Shown here piece after piece: positions 25,708-33,958 of a stretch of 64,000 bases of DNA; position 1 is the first letter of the stretch; the number at the start of each line of letters is the position of its first letter. The position numbers were made by a program, and so were the translations under genes. Below the pieces are notes generated by a model that did no database searches, was not told where the DNA came from, and worked only from the letters and a program-made list of their open reading frames with translations. This stretch comes from Patescibacteria group bacterium (GTDB taxonomy: Bacteria; Patescibacteriota; Patescibacteriia; PEXW01). The stretch is from NCBI GenBank assembly GCA_038063455.1, contig JBBTVB010000003.1, positions 1,714-65,713 of the forward strand, read 5' to 3'.

Positions 25708-27308
25708 TGGGCAGCGGGGTTATGCCACGAGTAAATCCAAACTTCGGTGTCTTCGTAGGCCAGCATGACGCCAGGGACGGTGCGGACATTCACGTTCATG
25801 GCCGTGTGATCTTTCTCAACCAGAATCCACTTTGTTTTGAAGAGGTCAAAGGCTTCGGCCAGATTTTCCCGCCGCTCGCCCAGGGTGGTCTTGGCCCAAG
25901 CCCAGTAGCGCTCTTGGTCTTGGCGGTAGAGGAACGTGGGGTCCAAGCCGGCAATGTAGGCGTTGGTCGTGTCGTAGTAGAAGAGTACCGGAAAGTCGTC
26001 CCAGTCGCTATGGAACACCACGTCACCTTTTTGCGAGTGCTCGGCCAGCCACGTCGCGGAGGCCTGGAAGTGCGTGGCATTCACGCCCGACGTTAAGTTG
26101 CGGTAATTGGTCCGCTGGTCGCGGGCGATAATGTACGGCACGCTCACGATGACGTAGAGCGCAACCAACACCGTGACGCTGCGTCGACGCTGCCAAGCTT
26201 CCCGCAGAAAACTCTTGATGGTTTGCCAGTCGTGCCGGTCAAGCACGTCGGCCAGGAGCGTTGCGGCTGCCAGGGCAATGAACGGCACGGCGTACTCCAC
26301 GTAGCGTCGTGACTTCAGGGTGAAGGCGGTAAAAAATGCTGCCAGCACAACCATGGTCCAGCTGCGGCTGGTGGTCCGCCGCACGCGCACCAACGCCAGG
26401 ACAAAAGCGATAACAAACGGCACAATAACCACAACATTATTCCCAATAAACTCCGCGACTTTATACGGGTACCACTCCCCGCCCACGCCAATGACGTTAC
26501 GGTAATTGACCACGCCAATCTGGATGGCCTGCTCCCACAAAAAATTGAAGGTGTTGGGGAAGAATGGATTGGCAACCGTGCCCACGCCCACGCCAGCCAG
26601 CACGCACAAGAACATCTGAAGCGGTCGGTACTTTTTTAAACCTCGCCATTTCCACCATGGCGCGTGCAGGGCGTCGGTCATCCGAGTGCGCCAATTCCAC
26701 CAGTGCTGGATGAGATCAAAAGCCATGCTCACGGCCAGGTAGATGCCGGCGGCGGCAACCAGCACGAAAAAACCACCGTAGAGCAACACGAAAAACCAGG
26801 CGAGAAAGAAGCTGGCGATACGCTTCCCGTTGAAAATCAAAAATATGCCAAGAATAAGTGTGGCCAAGGAAAGGCTGGGCGCTTTAGCCAAACTCATCCG
26901 AAAGGTAAACGGCGTGGCTGCCAGCAAGACCAGGCCCCACGCCCAGGCATGTTTGACGCCATACCGTATGAGGAACCACACCGCGGTAGTAATAAGCAAG
27001 GCGGCAAAAAAGACGGTGGCGAGCTTGATACCCACCAAGGGATCCATGAGGGTCACAAATGGCACGAGCAGAGCATGATACAGCCAGTGCTGATCAATGT
27101 AGTGTTGGCCGAGCGTCGTATAGGGTAGCCAGGGAAATTCCCGCACTGCGCCCTGTTCCGCCGTCAGCACGCCGAGCCGCGCATGGTAGAACGAGTCGGG
27201 ATCGGCAAAAATCGGATTTGACTGCAAGGCAAAAAACACGCCGAAAGCAACGATGAAGGTGGCAAACAACGTAAGGACGGTGGCGTGCTCACGCCAGGGG
27301 TTGGTCAT
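25704..27308 (-). CDS. Polytopic membrane protein, GT-C-fold glycosyltransferase-like
   Basis: 534 aa, more than 10 TM segments. First-loop motif ADPDSFYHARL resembles the acidic loop of GT-C enzymes. C-terminal soluble domain. Confidence 0.5.
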   Translation of the reverse strand: MTNPWREHATVLTLFATFIVAFGVFFALQSNPIFADPDSFYHARLGVLTAEQGAVREFPWLPYTTLGQHYIDQHWLYHALLVPFVTLMDPLVGIKLATVFFAALLITTAVWFLIRYGVKHAWAWGLVLLAATPFTFRMSLAKAPSLSLATLILGIFLIFNGKRIASFFLAWFFVLLYGGFFVLVAAAGIYLAVSMAFDLIQHWWNWRTRMTDALHAPWWKWRGLKKYRPLQMFLCVLAGVGVGTVANPFFPNTFNFLWEQAIQIGVVNYRNVIGVGGEWYPYKVAEFIGNNVVVIVPFVIAFVLALVRVRRTTSRSWTMVVLAAFFTAFTLKSRRYVEYAVPFIALAAATLLADVLDRHDWQTIKSFLREAWQRRRSVTVLVALYVIVSVPYIIARDQRTNYRNLTSGVNATHFQASATWLAEHSQKGDVVFHSDWDDFPVLFYYDTTNAYIAGLDPTFLYRQDQERYWAWAKTTLGERRENLAEAFDLFKTKWILVEKDHTAMNVNVRTVPGVMLAYEDTEVWIYSWHNPAAQ

Positions 27309-27314
27309 GTAGGT

Positions 27315-27320
27315 AGTATA
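27315..27320 (-). promoter_or_regulatory. -10 box TATACT, 6 nt before ATG 27308 (leaderless-type)
   Basis: Forward AGTATA 27315-27320 reads TATACT on the minus strand. ACCTAC, then ATG (A at 27308). Confidence 0.45.
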
Positions 27321-27334
27321 GCGGTTTTCATGCG

Positions 27335-27500
27335 ACTCCTCCTCTCCTGCGAGAGGAGAGGAGAGGACGTTCTAAAATCCCCCTCTCCCCTTGCGGGAGA
27401 GGGTCTCGGGGAGAGGGGTTAAAAAACTGTTCCCCCTCTCGGAGCGAGAAACGAGAACGAAGCACCTCCGGACCAAGCATGGGCATCCGGAGGCGCATTC
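27335..27500. repeat. Cluster of four polypyrimidine/polypurine (CTCC/GGAG) hairpins
   Basis: TCCTCTCCT/AGGAGAGGA (27339-27361 region); CCCTCTCCC (27381-27389) / GGGAGAGGG (27395-27403); CCCCTCTC/GAGAGGGG alternatives around 27411-27440; GCACCTCCGGA/TCCGGAGGCGC (27461-27495 region). Confidence 0.6.
27373..27403 (-). terminator. Probable terminator of the PGI/PMI gene
   Basis: On the minus strand CCCTCTCCC-GCAA-GGGAGAGGG is followed by GGATTTT (forward AAAA 27374-27377). Confidence 0.55.
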
Positions 27501-27517
27501 GTTTTTGTATTGTGAGG

Positions 27518-28579
27518 TTATGTTCCGAGCTTCTGCTTGAAGTAGTTTACCCAGTGAATCTCGGAGGGGTTTACATGATGGCGTAAGCCTACACCCAGCG
27601 TCAGCGCGCCGCCAAGCACCAACGCTTCAATGGCTTGCGCTAAGGCTGTGCGGCCAGTGAGCCGGATCGAGATGACCTTAGCGCCATTCTTCTGGACCAC
27701 ATCCGCAGTGAGACGGAAACGTTTTTGAATGCGCGGACTGTAGAGCGCGGATTGCAACATGAGGAAGGTTGTCTGCTTAACGTTCGCTTTGGGGTTACCC
27801 AAACCTTCCATCAGGTGGTGGTTGAGTTCGGGAATGGCAAAAAATATTGCAACTGATTTCGCAGTTTCGTTAAACTGGTTGGCCATCGCATGCGCGGCGC
27901 CCACCAAGTGCTCGGCCGCAGTGACATAGACTGCGCGGCCTTGCAGTGCAGCACTCAAACCGACAATTGGACTTGTAGCTGACCGCAAGTCGGTGCGGCG
28001 GATAGTCCGCTCAGCAACTTTCAGGGCGTCATCCAAAATTGTTGGTGATATATCGAGTAGGCCCATCTTGCGGAGCATGCCCAGCAACCCAAACACCGCG
28101 TACCCTAAGCCAAGGCGCGGCTGCTTGGAGGGGTTTTCAATAGGGTTAAAGATATAGGCCGGGAGCTTATTCGTCTTTGCAATGCGTCCCAGCTGCCCAC
28201 CCGCAGCAATCACTGCCACGCGCGCACCAGATTTCTTGGCCGGCTGCCAGGCGGCAATGGTCTCTTCTGTGGTGCCAGAATAGCTAGCTAAAATAACCAG
28301 GGTCCGCTTGCCGACCCAGGCTGGCAATTGATAGTCGTTGATAATAACCAAGGGTACACGAAGTTCCTGACTGCAGGCCGCTTGAATAATGTGCGCGCCC
28401 AAAGCGCTCCCGCCCATGCCGGCCAGGAGAATCGTATCTACTTTGCCGCGCAATGCTGGGAACTTCAACGCGCGAATGTCACTAACCGCCTGGTGCCCTT
28501 GGCGCGCAAAACGCTCCACCGACCCGAACACATCTTGCGGGTCGAGCTGTTTGAGTAACGCAGGGAAGGGTGTAGGCAT
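27518..28579 (-). CDS. Bifunctional phosphoglucose/phosphomannose isomerase (SIS-domain, archaeal-type PGI/PMI)
   Basis: LLAGMGGSALGA, ILASYSGTTEET, second SIS half, C-terminal LGVGLRHHVNP. Confidence 0.75.
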   Translation of the reverse strand: MPTPFPALLKQLDPQDVFGSVERFARQGHQAVSDIRALKFPALRGKVDTILLAGMGGSALGAHIIQAACSQELRVPLVIINDYQLPAWVGKRTLVILASYSGTTEETIAAWQPAKKSGARVAVIAAGGQLGRIAKTNKLPAYIFNPIENPSKQPRLGLGYAVFGLLGMLRKMGLLDISPTILDDALKVAERTIRRTDLRSATSPIVGLSAALQGRAVYVTAAEHLVGAAHAMANQFNETAKSVAIFFAIPELNHHLMEGLGNPKANVKQTTFLMLQSALYSPRIQKRFRLTADVVQKNGAKVISIRLTGRTALAQAIEALVLGGALTLGVGLRHHVNPSEIHWVNYFKQKLGT

Positions 28580-28691
28580 TTCGGTTAGATTTTTTGTCTG
28601 CTCCCACCCTAGCGCGGGTTAAAAAATTATGCAAGTAGATAAGTTGTTTATTTTTTAAAATATTACAGAGTCCATATCCTATAAACAGATT

Positions 28692-28902
28692 TTGGGGGTC
28701 TGGGGGTTCGAAAAGCGGACCTTTGGTAGACGAAGTTTAGCCTACCTACTCTGGGCACGCGTTTGAGAACCCCCAGCGGTCTTTAGGCGCCACCCTTTCT
28801 GACGGCAGAAAGGGTGGCATAAACGTGACCGACCGATAGAAACAGAACAAAAATCCCTTCGTCGTTTCGTACAAACATGTAAATCCCCAAACGAGTTCGG
28901 GG
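28692..28902 (+). repeat. Structured intergenic element, copy B (paralogue of 12723-12879)
   Basis: Stem CTGGGGGTTC (28700-28709) / GAACCCCCAG (28767-28776). Copy-specific perfect 13-bp hairpin 28789-28818. Conserved core 28821-28885 with TTCGTCGTTTCG (28858-28869). CCCC(28885-28888)...GGGG(28899-28902). Confidence 0.6.
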
Positions 28903-28919
28903 TAACAGCGCAGAATGCA

Positions 28920-28948
28920 TTGACCAATGCGCCTTCATATTTTATAAT
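28920..28948 (+). promoter_or_regulatory. yebC promoter TTGACC-17-TATAAT
   Basis: TTGACC 28920-28925, 17-nt spacer, TATAAT 28943-28948. SD GGGAGGA at 28960-28966. Confidence 0.65.
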
Positions 28949-28981
28949 TCATGCACTTTGGGAGGAATTTTTGCTGTTGTT

Positions 28982-29704
28982 ATGTCCGGACATTCCAAGT
29001 GGTCAGTTATCAAACGCGCGAAAGGGGTTACGGATGCGCGGCGCAGCCAGGTCTTTACCAAACTCGGCCACGCCATTACGGTCGCCGCGCGCTTAGGTGG
29101 GGCCGACCCCACCATGAACTTCCGTTTGCGCTTGGCCATTGAAAAAGCCAAAGCCGCCAGCCTGCCCAAAGACAATATTGACCGGGCCATTGCCAAAGGC
29201 TCGGGTACGGATGGCAAACAAATTGAGGAAGTAACGTACGAAGGCTTTGGCCCGGGCGGCGCCAGCCTGGTTATCCAAACCATGACCGATAACCGCAATC
29301 GGACCGTAACCGAATTGCGGACGTTACTCGGCAAAAAAGGCGGGAACCTCGGCAATGAAAACAGTGTCGCCTGGCAGTTCAGCAGCAAAGGTGTTCTCCG
29401 CATCTCGGCTGACCAACTGACGGGCAAAGATAAAGACGCGTTGGAACTCGGCTGCATTGATGCCGGCGCGGATGACGTGCAAGACGATCCGGAAGGCATA
29501 ACGACTCTGTGCCCACCAACCGACCTCCCGAAACTGCAAACCTATATTGAAACGCAAAAGTTGACCCCTGCCTCGGCCGATGTTGAACTCGTACCGAACA
29601 CTCCCCTCGCTCTTGCTGAAGACGAAAATACAAAACTTCACAACCTCATCGAAGCCCTTGAAGAACACGACGATGTCACCGCAGTCTGGACGAACGCGAA
29701 GTAA
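28982..29704 (+). CDS. yebC: YebC/PmpR-family transcriptional regulator
   Basis: MSGHSKWSVIKRAKGVTDARRSQVFTKL is the canonical N-terminus. The track ORF starts at TTG 28958; ATG 28982 preferred. Confidence 0.9.
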   Translation: MSGHSKWSVIKRAKGVTDARRSQVFTKLGHAITVAARLGGADPTMNFRLRLAIEKAKAASLPKDNIDRAIAKGSGTDGKQIEEVTYEGFGPGGASLVIQTMTDNRNRTVTELRTLLGKKGGNLGNENSVAWQFSSKGVLRISADQLTGKDKDALELGCIDAGADDVQDDPEGITTLCPPTDLPKLQTYIETQKLTPASADVELVPNTPLALAEDENTKLHNLIEALEEHDDVTAVWTNAK

Positions 29705-30224
29705 ATCCCGCCCGGCATCGCCTGCGGCTTCAGCCGTTGGCGGACGGGCGCGAACGATCCTGGGTATTGACCCGGGCTTTGGTCGGGTTGGCTGGGGCGT
29801 TATCCGTGAGACCAATGGGAAGCTGTCGGCCGTAGACTACGGCATCATCGAAACCCCAGCCGGCACGCCGTTTGCAGAGCGGATTCAGAAAATTTTCACA
29901 AAAATCTGCCAACTTATAGCGCGGCACCAGCCAGACCTGGGCGGCGTGGAGCGGCTCTTCTTCTCTAGCAACACCACCACAGCCATGAAAGTGAGCGAGG
30001 CCCGCGGGGTTATCCTGCTTGCACTGGCTCAGGCAAAAATTCCCGTGCACGAATGCACCCCGCAAGCCGTCAAACAAACCCTCTCCAGTTACGGCCGCGC
30101 CGACAAAGCCCAAGTCCAACGTATGGTTAAAGTCCTACTCAACCTCAAAGACATTCCCAAGCCCGACGACATTGCGGATGCGCTGGCGATTGCAGTGACT
30201 GCCGCGGTAAGCGAAAAACTATGA
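29673..30224 (+). CDS. ruvC: Crossover junction endodeoxyribonuclease RuvC (start uncertain)
   Basis: ILGIDPGFGRVGWGVI, VERLFF, ADALAIA. The nearest canonical start is ATG 29673, 32 nt inside yebC. There is no ATG/GTG/TTG between it and the ILGIDPG motif. Confidence 0.85.
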   Translation: MSPQSGRTRSKSRPASPAASAVGGRARTILGIDPGFGRVGWGVIRETNGKLSAVDYGIIETPAGTPFAERIQKIFTKICQLIARHQPDLGGVERLFFSSNTTTAMKVSEARGVILLALAQAKIPVHECTPQAVKQTLSSYGRADKAQVQRMVKVLLNLKDIPKPDDIADALAIAVTAAVSEKL

Positions 30225-31498
30225 AACGTATTGCTTTAGTGAACGTCCACTGCGACCCCCTGGAACAGCTCGGCTCGGCCGAAGCGGGTGGCCAGAATGT
30301 CTACGTCTTCCACCTGGCCAAAGCACTCGGCAAACTTGGCTACCAAGTCGATGTTTTTTCCCGTTTAAACTCCCGGCTCAAAAAAGAACGCGTACGGCTT
30401 ACCAAGCAAGTCCAATTTATCCGCTTGCGCGCTGGGCACCGCCAATTTATTCCCAAGAACCAGCTCGGCCCCCTGCTGCCAGAATTCATTAGCAACTTTT
30501 TAGCTTGGCAGAAAAAAGAACATGCCCACTACGACGTGCTGCACTCGCACTACTGGGAAGCCGGCTGGGTTACCACGCAGCTCAAGTACATTCTCAAGGT
30601 GCCGCAGCTCCACACCTTCCACTCCCTGGGCATCATGCGCTACAACGCGCTCAAGGGTTTTCGCGAGCAAAGCATGAACACCAAAGAGATGAAGCACCGC
30701 ATTGCCATTGAACGGGACATTGTGAAAAAAGCGGACTGCATTGTTAGCACCAGCACGTACGAACGGGAATATTTGGAGAAACACTACGATGCTCGGCCGG
30801 ATAAAATTCGCGTCGTGCCCGCCGGCGTAGACCTGCTGCGCTTCCGCCCGGTGGACCGCCAGCTTGCCCGCAAGAAAATTGGCGCGCCAGTGAATGACAA
30901 AATCATTCTCTACACTGGCCGCATTGAATGGCGCAAAGGCGTGGGCACGCTAGCCATTGCCGTGGCCAAACTATTCAAGCACCATCCAGAACTCCGAGAA
31001 AAGACCTGGCTCTACATCGTGGGCGGCAACCTGGGCCGCCGCGCCGAGCCCGAAGTGCGGGATGAAATCCGACGCCTAAAGGATGTGTGTCGCGAGTACG
31101 GCATTCGGGACCGGGCCATTTTCACCGGCGCCGTGCAGCAAGAACAGCTGCACTACTACTACTCGGCCGCCAACGCCTGCGTTATTCCCAGCTATTACGA
31201 GCCCTTTGGCATGGTGCCGCTCGAGGCCATGGCCAGCAAAGTCCCGGTTATTGCCAGCAACACCGGCGGACTGCCGTACAGCGTACGGGATGGGAAGAGC
31301 GGCACCTTGGTGCCAGTGCGCAACCCGGCCGCCATCGCTAACCAACTCTATGACATCTTGACGAACCATGAGCTCGCCGACAAGCTCATCCGCGGTGGGC
31401 GGGAGCTAGTGAAATCAACCTTTAGCTGGAAGATTATTGCCAAGCAAGTGGCCCACGCCTACGAGCGGACGATTGAGAAGACGACGGGGAAAAAATAA
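30221..31498 (+). CDS. GT4 glycosyltransferase, sucrose-phosphate-synthase-like
   Basis: VHCDPLEQLGSAEAGGQNVYVFHLAKALGKLGYQVDVFSR resembles the SPS/MshA-type N-terminus. C-terminal EPFGMVPLEAMASKVPVIASNTGG. ATGA overlap with ruvC. Confidence 0.7.
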   Translation: MKRIALVNVHCDPLEQLGSAEAGGQNVYVFHLAKALGKLGYQVDVFSRLNSRLKKERVRLTKQVQFIRLRAGHRQFIPKNQLGPLLPEFISNFLAWQKKEHAHYDVLHSHYWEAGWVTTQLKYILKVPQLHTFHSLGIMRYNALKGFREQSMNTKEMKHRIAIERDIVKKADCIVSTSTYEREYLEKHYDARPDKIRVVPAGVDLLRFRPVDRQLARKKIGAPVNDKIILYTGRIEWRKGVGTLAIAVAKLFKHHPELREKTWLYIVGGNLGRRAEPEVRDEIRRLKDVCREYGIRDRAIFTGAVQQEQLHYYYSAANACVIPSYYEPFGMVPLEAMASKVPVIASNTGGLPYSVRDGKSGTLVPVRNPAAIANQLYDILTNHELADKLIRGGRELVKSTFSWKIIAKQVAHAYERTIEKTTGKK

Positions 31499-32596
31499 CT
31501 ACGCCGCCTTATCCCGTTCCTCGCGAATCTTCTTGATGTTGTCCGCGCGTTGCAAAACTTCCCCGGCATAGTTAATGCTCTCGGGCCCTTTGCGGTCGCC
31601 GCGCTCCACGTACATTGCTTTGAGCGTTCCATCTTCGCCCACTACTCGGCGGAAGCTGCTCTTGCCGGGTTTTTCTACTGCCGTAGCATCAACCGCAGAC
31701 GTAAGCTCTGACTTTGCGCCGCCGACAATAACTGCCTGCAGCTTGCCAGATTTCATGAGCATGTCCGTATCGTTGCCGCTGTCTCCAGCGACCAGGCCTT
31801 TTTTCACTTCGGTACGTTTGACGACGTACTCTACAGCTCCAGCTTTGGTTATTGGTACTACATCCAAACAGTACTTCTTCCGTTGCGCTTCTGGTGATAA
31901 TTGGTTGTTGTAATTGATCTCTTCACAAATAACCAGCTCTTGGCCAGGAAACCGCTGTTCGGCTTCACGCGCAATGGTCTCCACGCCTTCGGGTGAATCG
32001 GCGAAGAAGTGGAAGCTGACCTTGAACTCTTGCACGCTCTCTTTGTTCGCTTCGGGATCTTTCACGTATGCCTCTTCGGCCTGACGGTACGGCGACAGCT
32101 CGGTGCCTTGGTAATTAAGTTCGGCTTCGGGAATGTGCTCGGCAAGGTCGGCAATTAACTCGGCAGCAGCACGCGCTATGGTCGGCCGGTCAAAGTGCTT
32201 TTCTTTAAGGAGCATTTCTCGAAATTCTTCATCCCGATGGTACGTACCATCGGGTTGCAGGACATGAATTTCCGTACCCACAGAACCTATGAGTACGGGA
32301 AACTTTGGCAACTCATTAGTGGCCTGCCGCTTTTCGATGCCAGCCAGATCGTTACCGGTTACGGCCACTAGTGGTATCTGCTCGCGTTCGGCTTGCTCGG
32401 CGAGCGCATCAGACGCTGTCTGCCGGTCTTTGCGATGGAAGGTATTATCAACATCTGTAAAAGCTGCCGTAAAATCCTGCCCCCGCTCGGCCTGGGCGGC
32501 ACGCATTTGAGCAAAGGGAGAATGCGCGTAGACGTCCTCAGCCTGTTGCTCCCGCAGTTCTGGGTTGGTGCGTGGACCCTCAAGATTCTCTGTCAT
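31499..32596 (-). CDS. HAD-IIB phosphatase, sucrose-phosphate-phosphatase-like
   Basis: Motif I FTDVDNTF, motif II VAVTGN, motif IV VAGDSGNDTDML (GDSGND is typical of the SPP family). The ~45-aa N-terminal extension leaves the start uncertain. Confidence 0.7.
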   Translation of the reverse strand: MTENLEGPRTNPELREQQAEDVYAHSPFAQMRAAQAERGQDFTAAFTDVDNTFHRKDRQTASDALAEQAEREQIPLVAVTGNDLAGIEKRQATNELPKFPVLIGSVGTEIHVLQPDGTYHRDEEFREMLLKEKHFDRPTIARAAAELIADLAEHIPEAELNYQGTELSPYRQAEEAYVKDPEANKESVQEFKVSFHFFADSPEGVETIAREAEQRFPGQELVICEEINYNNQLSPEAQRKKYCLDVVPITKAGAVEYVVKRTEVKKGLVAGDSGNDTDMLMKSGKLQAVIVGGAKSELTSAVDATAVEKPGKSSFRRVVGEDGTLKAMYVERGDRKGPESINYAGEVLQRADNIKKIREERDKAA

Positions 32597-32637
32597 ATAC
32601 GTAAGTGATTACGAAAAAATATAGCGGGCGCGCTTTC

Positions 32638-33912
32638 TTATTTTTTATTTGCGTTAACCGCACGCAATGCATACAAGTACATCCCGGCAGACCACGCTTG
32701 GCGTGGCATACCCAAGGGCTTTTTCGTTTTGCCGTGGAACCATTCATTAAATTCCCAAGCTTCTTTTTTACCCAGGCGATTGGCTTTGGCTAAGGCGAGG
32801 AGCGCAGTCTTTGCATCGGCACGACGGCCGACTTTCACCAGTGCCGCAACGTATAACCCGCCCAAGTACGGCCAGTAGCCGCCGTTGTGGTACTGGTCAG
32901 GTAAATTGAGTTTATTGAGCGTGTAGTAATGCTGCCAGTCTTTCATCCCCGGCTTGCGTGCTGGCCAAGTGGCTTTGATGGCAAACGGCTGAGCAAGTTT
33001 ATGCTTCTCAATAAATGTAACGATCGTCTGGGCTTGAGCCGAAGTAGCGGCGCCGGTAATGATGGCCAGTAAATTTCCCAAGCTATCAAACCACTCACCG
33101 AAGTTAAGGAAAGTAATATAGGGCAGGAAAAAGGAATTGGCGCTCATGAACTTTGCGTCCTGGATAAACTGCTTGCGACCATGGCCCCGGATCTGCCTGC
33201 GCCGCTCCGGGCCCTTGCTGCCAAAGCTATCTTGGATTATTTGGAATACGTCGCGGCTGGGCGTGTACCAAAAGCGGTCGCGGATCATCGCCTGCAACTG
33301 CCGCGCTTGCGCTGTCCACTCCTTAGCGAGACTGGGTTTGCTGAATTTCTTCGCCAAGCCACCGGCGGTGCGGAGCGCGTGGGCATATAAAACATTGACG
33401 GTCAGGCCTTTGCCGCGGACGCCAAAAATATCTTCCCAGTCTGCAGCTTCATCCATAGTTATGAACCCGCTTCGGTCCGGCGACTGGGTTGCGTACCAGG
33501 CCAACACGCGCTGGAGGTTCGGGAAGATTTTCCGGACAAAGGCCCAGTCTTTGGTCTGCCGGCCGTAGGCGGCGGCACCGATAACAAACCACAGGCCACC
33601 GTCGGCATACGCGCGGAACGTGGCCTTGCCCGTCACCGTATCCACGTAATTCGGAATTTGGCCCAGCGGTGCCTGGAAACGGACAAGGGTGTGCAGGCTT
33701 TGGCGGAATGCGCGGCGCAGTTTGGCATCGGCAAATGGCAAAGTGCCGAGCAGCGTGATCATGCTATCCCGCGCCCACACCTTCTTATACAACGCGGAAC
33801 TGGCCGAGGCCTGGATACCGAGCGGGTGGATGCAGCGCCGAAGCACCTCGAGCGCGTGACGTTTGGCTTCGGCAAGAAATTGGTCAGCGGCAGGAAGAGT
33901 GGAATGAGACAT
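32638..33912 (-). CDS. (alpha/alpha)6 glycoside hydrolase, GDE_C / GH100 neutral-invertase-like
   Basis: Track ORF 32638-34068 overlaps the divergent GT4 by 110 nt. Start moved to ATG 33912 (MSHSTLPAADQF). VWARDSMITLLG, GQIPNYVD, DGGLWFVIGAAAY, ADWEDIFGVRGKGLTVNVLYAHAL. Confidence 0.65.
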   Translation of the reverse strand: MSHSTLPAADQFLAEAKRHALEVLRRCIHPLGIQASASSALYKKVWARDSMITLLGTLPFADAKLRRAFRQSLHTLVRFQAPLGQIPNYVDTVTGKATFRAYADGGLWFVIGAAAYGRQTKDWAFVRKIFPNLQRVLAWYATQSPDRSGFITMDEAADWEDIFGVRGKGLTVNVLYAHALRTAGGLAKKFSKPSLAKEWTAQARQLQAMIRDRFWYTPSRDVFQIIQDSFGSKGPERRRQIRGHGRKQFIQDAKFMSANSFFLPYITFLNFGEWFDSLGNLLAIITGAATSAQAQTIVTFIEKHKLAQPFAIKATWPARKPGMKDWQHYYTLNKLNLPDQYHNGGYWPYLGGLYVAALVKVGRRADAKTALLALAKANRLGKKEAWEFNEWFHGKTKKPLGMPRQAWSAGMYLYALRAVNANKK

Positions 33913-33920
33913 GTGAGTAC

Positions 33921-33928
33921 AGTATACT
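33921..33928. promoter_or_regulatory. Palindromic AGTATACT giving a TATACT -10 box on both strands
   Basis: Plus-strand TATACT 33923-33928 (ATG 33959, 30 nt downstream). Minus-strand TATACT from 33921-33926 (ATG 33912, 8 nt downstream). Confidence 0.45.
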
Positions 33929-33958
33929 ACCAGCATCTCACCTTGGGACACCAACTGT

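Noticed and set aside
27335-27500. Possible CRISPR array or tandem repeat.
   Set aside because: The units are inverted rather than direct repeats and are irregular in length and spacing. They have no unique spacers, and no cas genes are in the window.
28692-28902. Idea that the repeated element is tmRNA (ssrA). The minus strand contains CGAAACGACGAA, like the ANDE tag-coding stretch, and the plus strand contains GGTTCGAA, like a T-loop.
   Set aside because: There is no acceptor stem, no T-arm complementarity and no CCA end. The tag-like frame differs between the two copies (2-nt indel) and does not end in a typical ...AA tag. Two copies of ssrA would also be odd.
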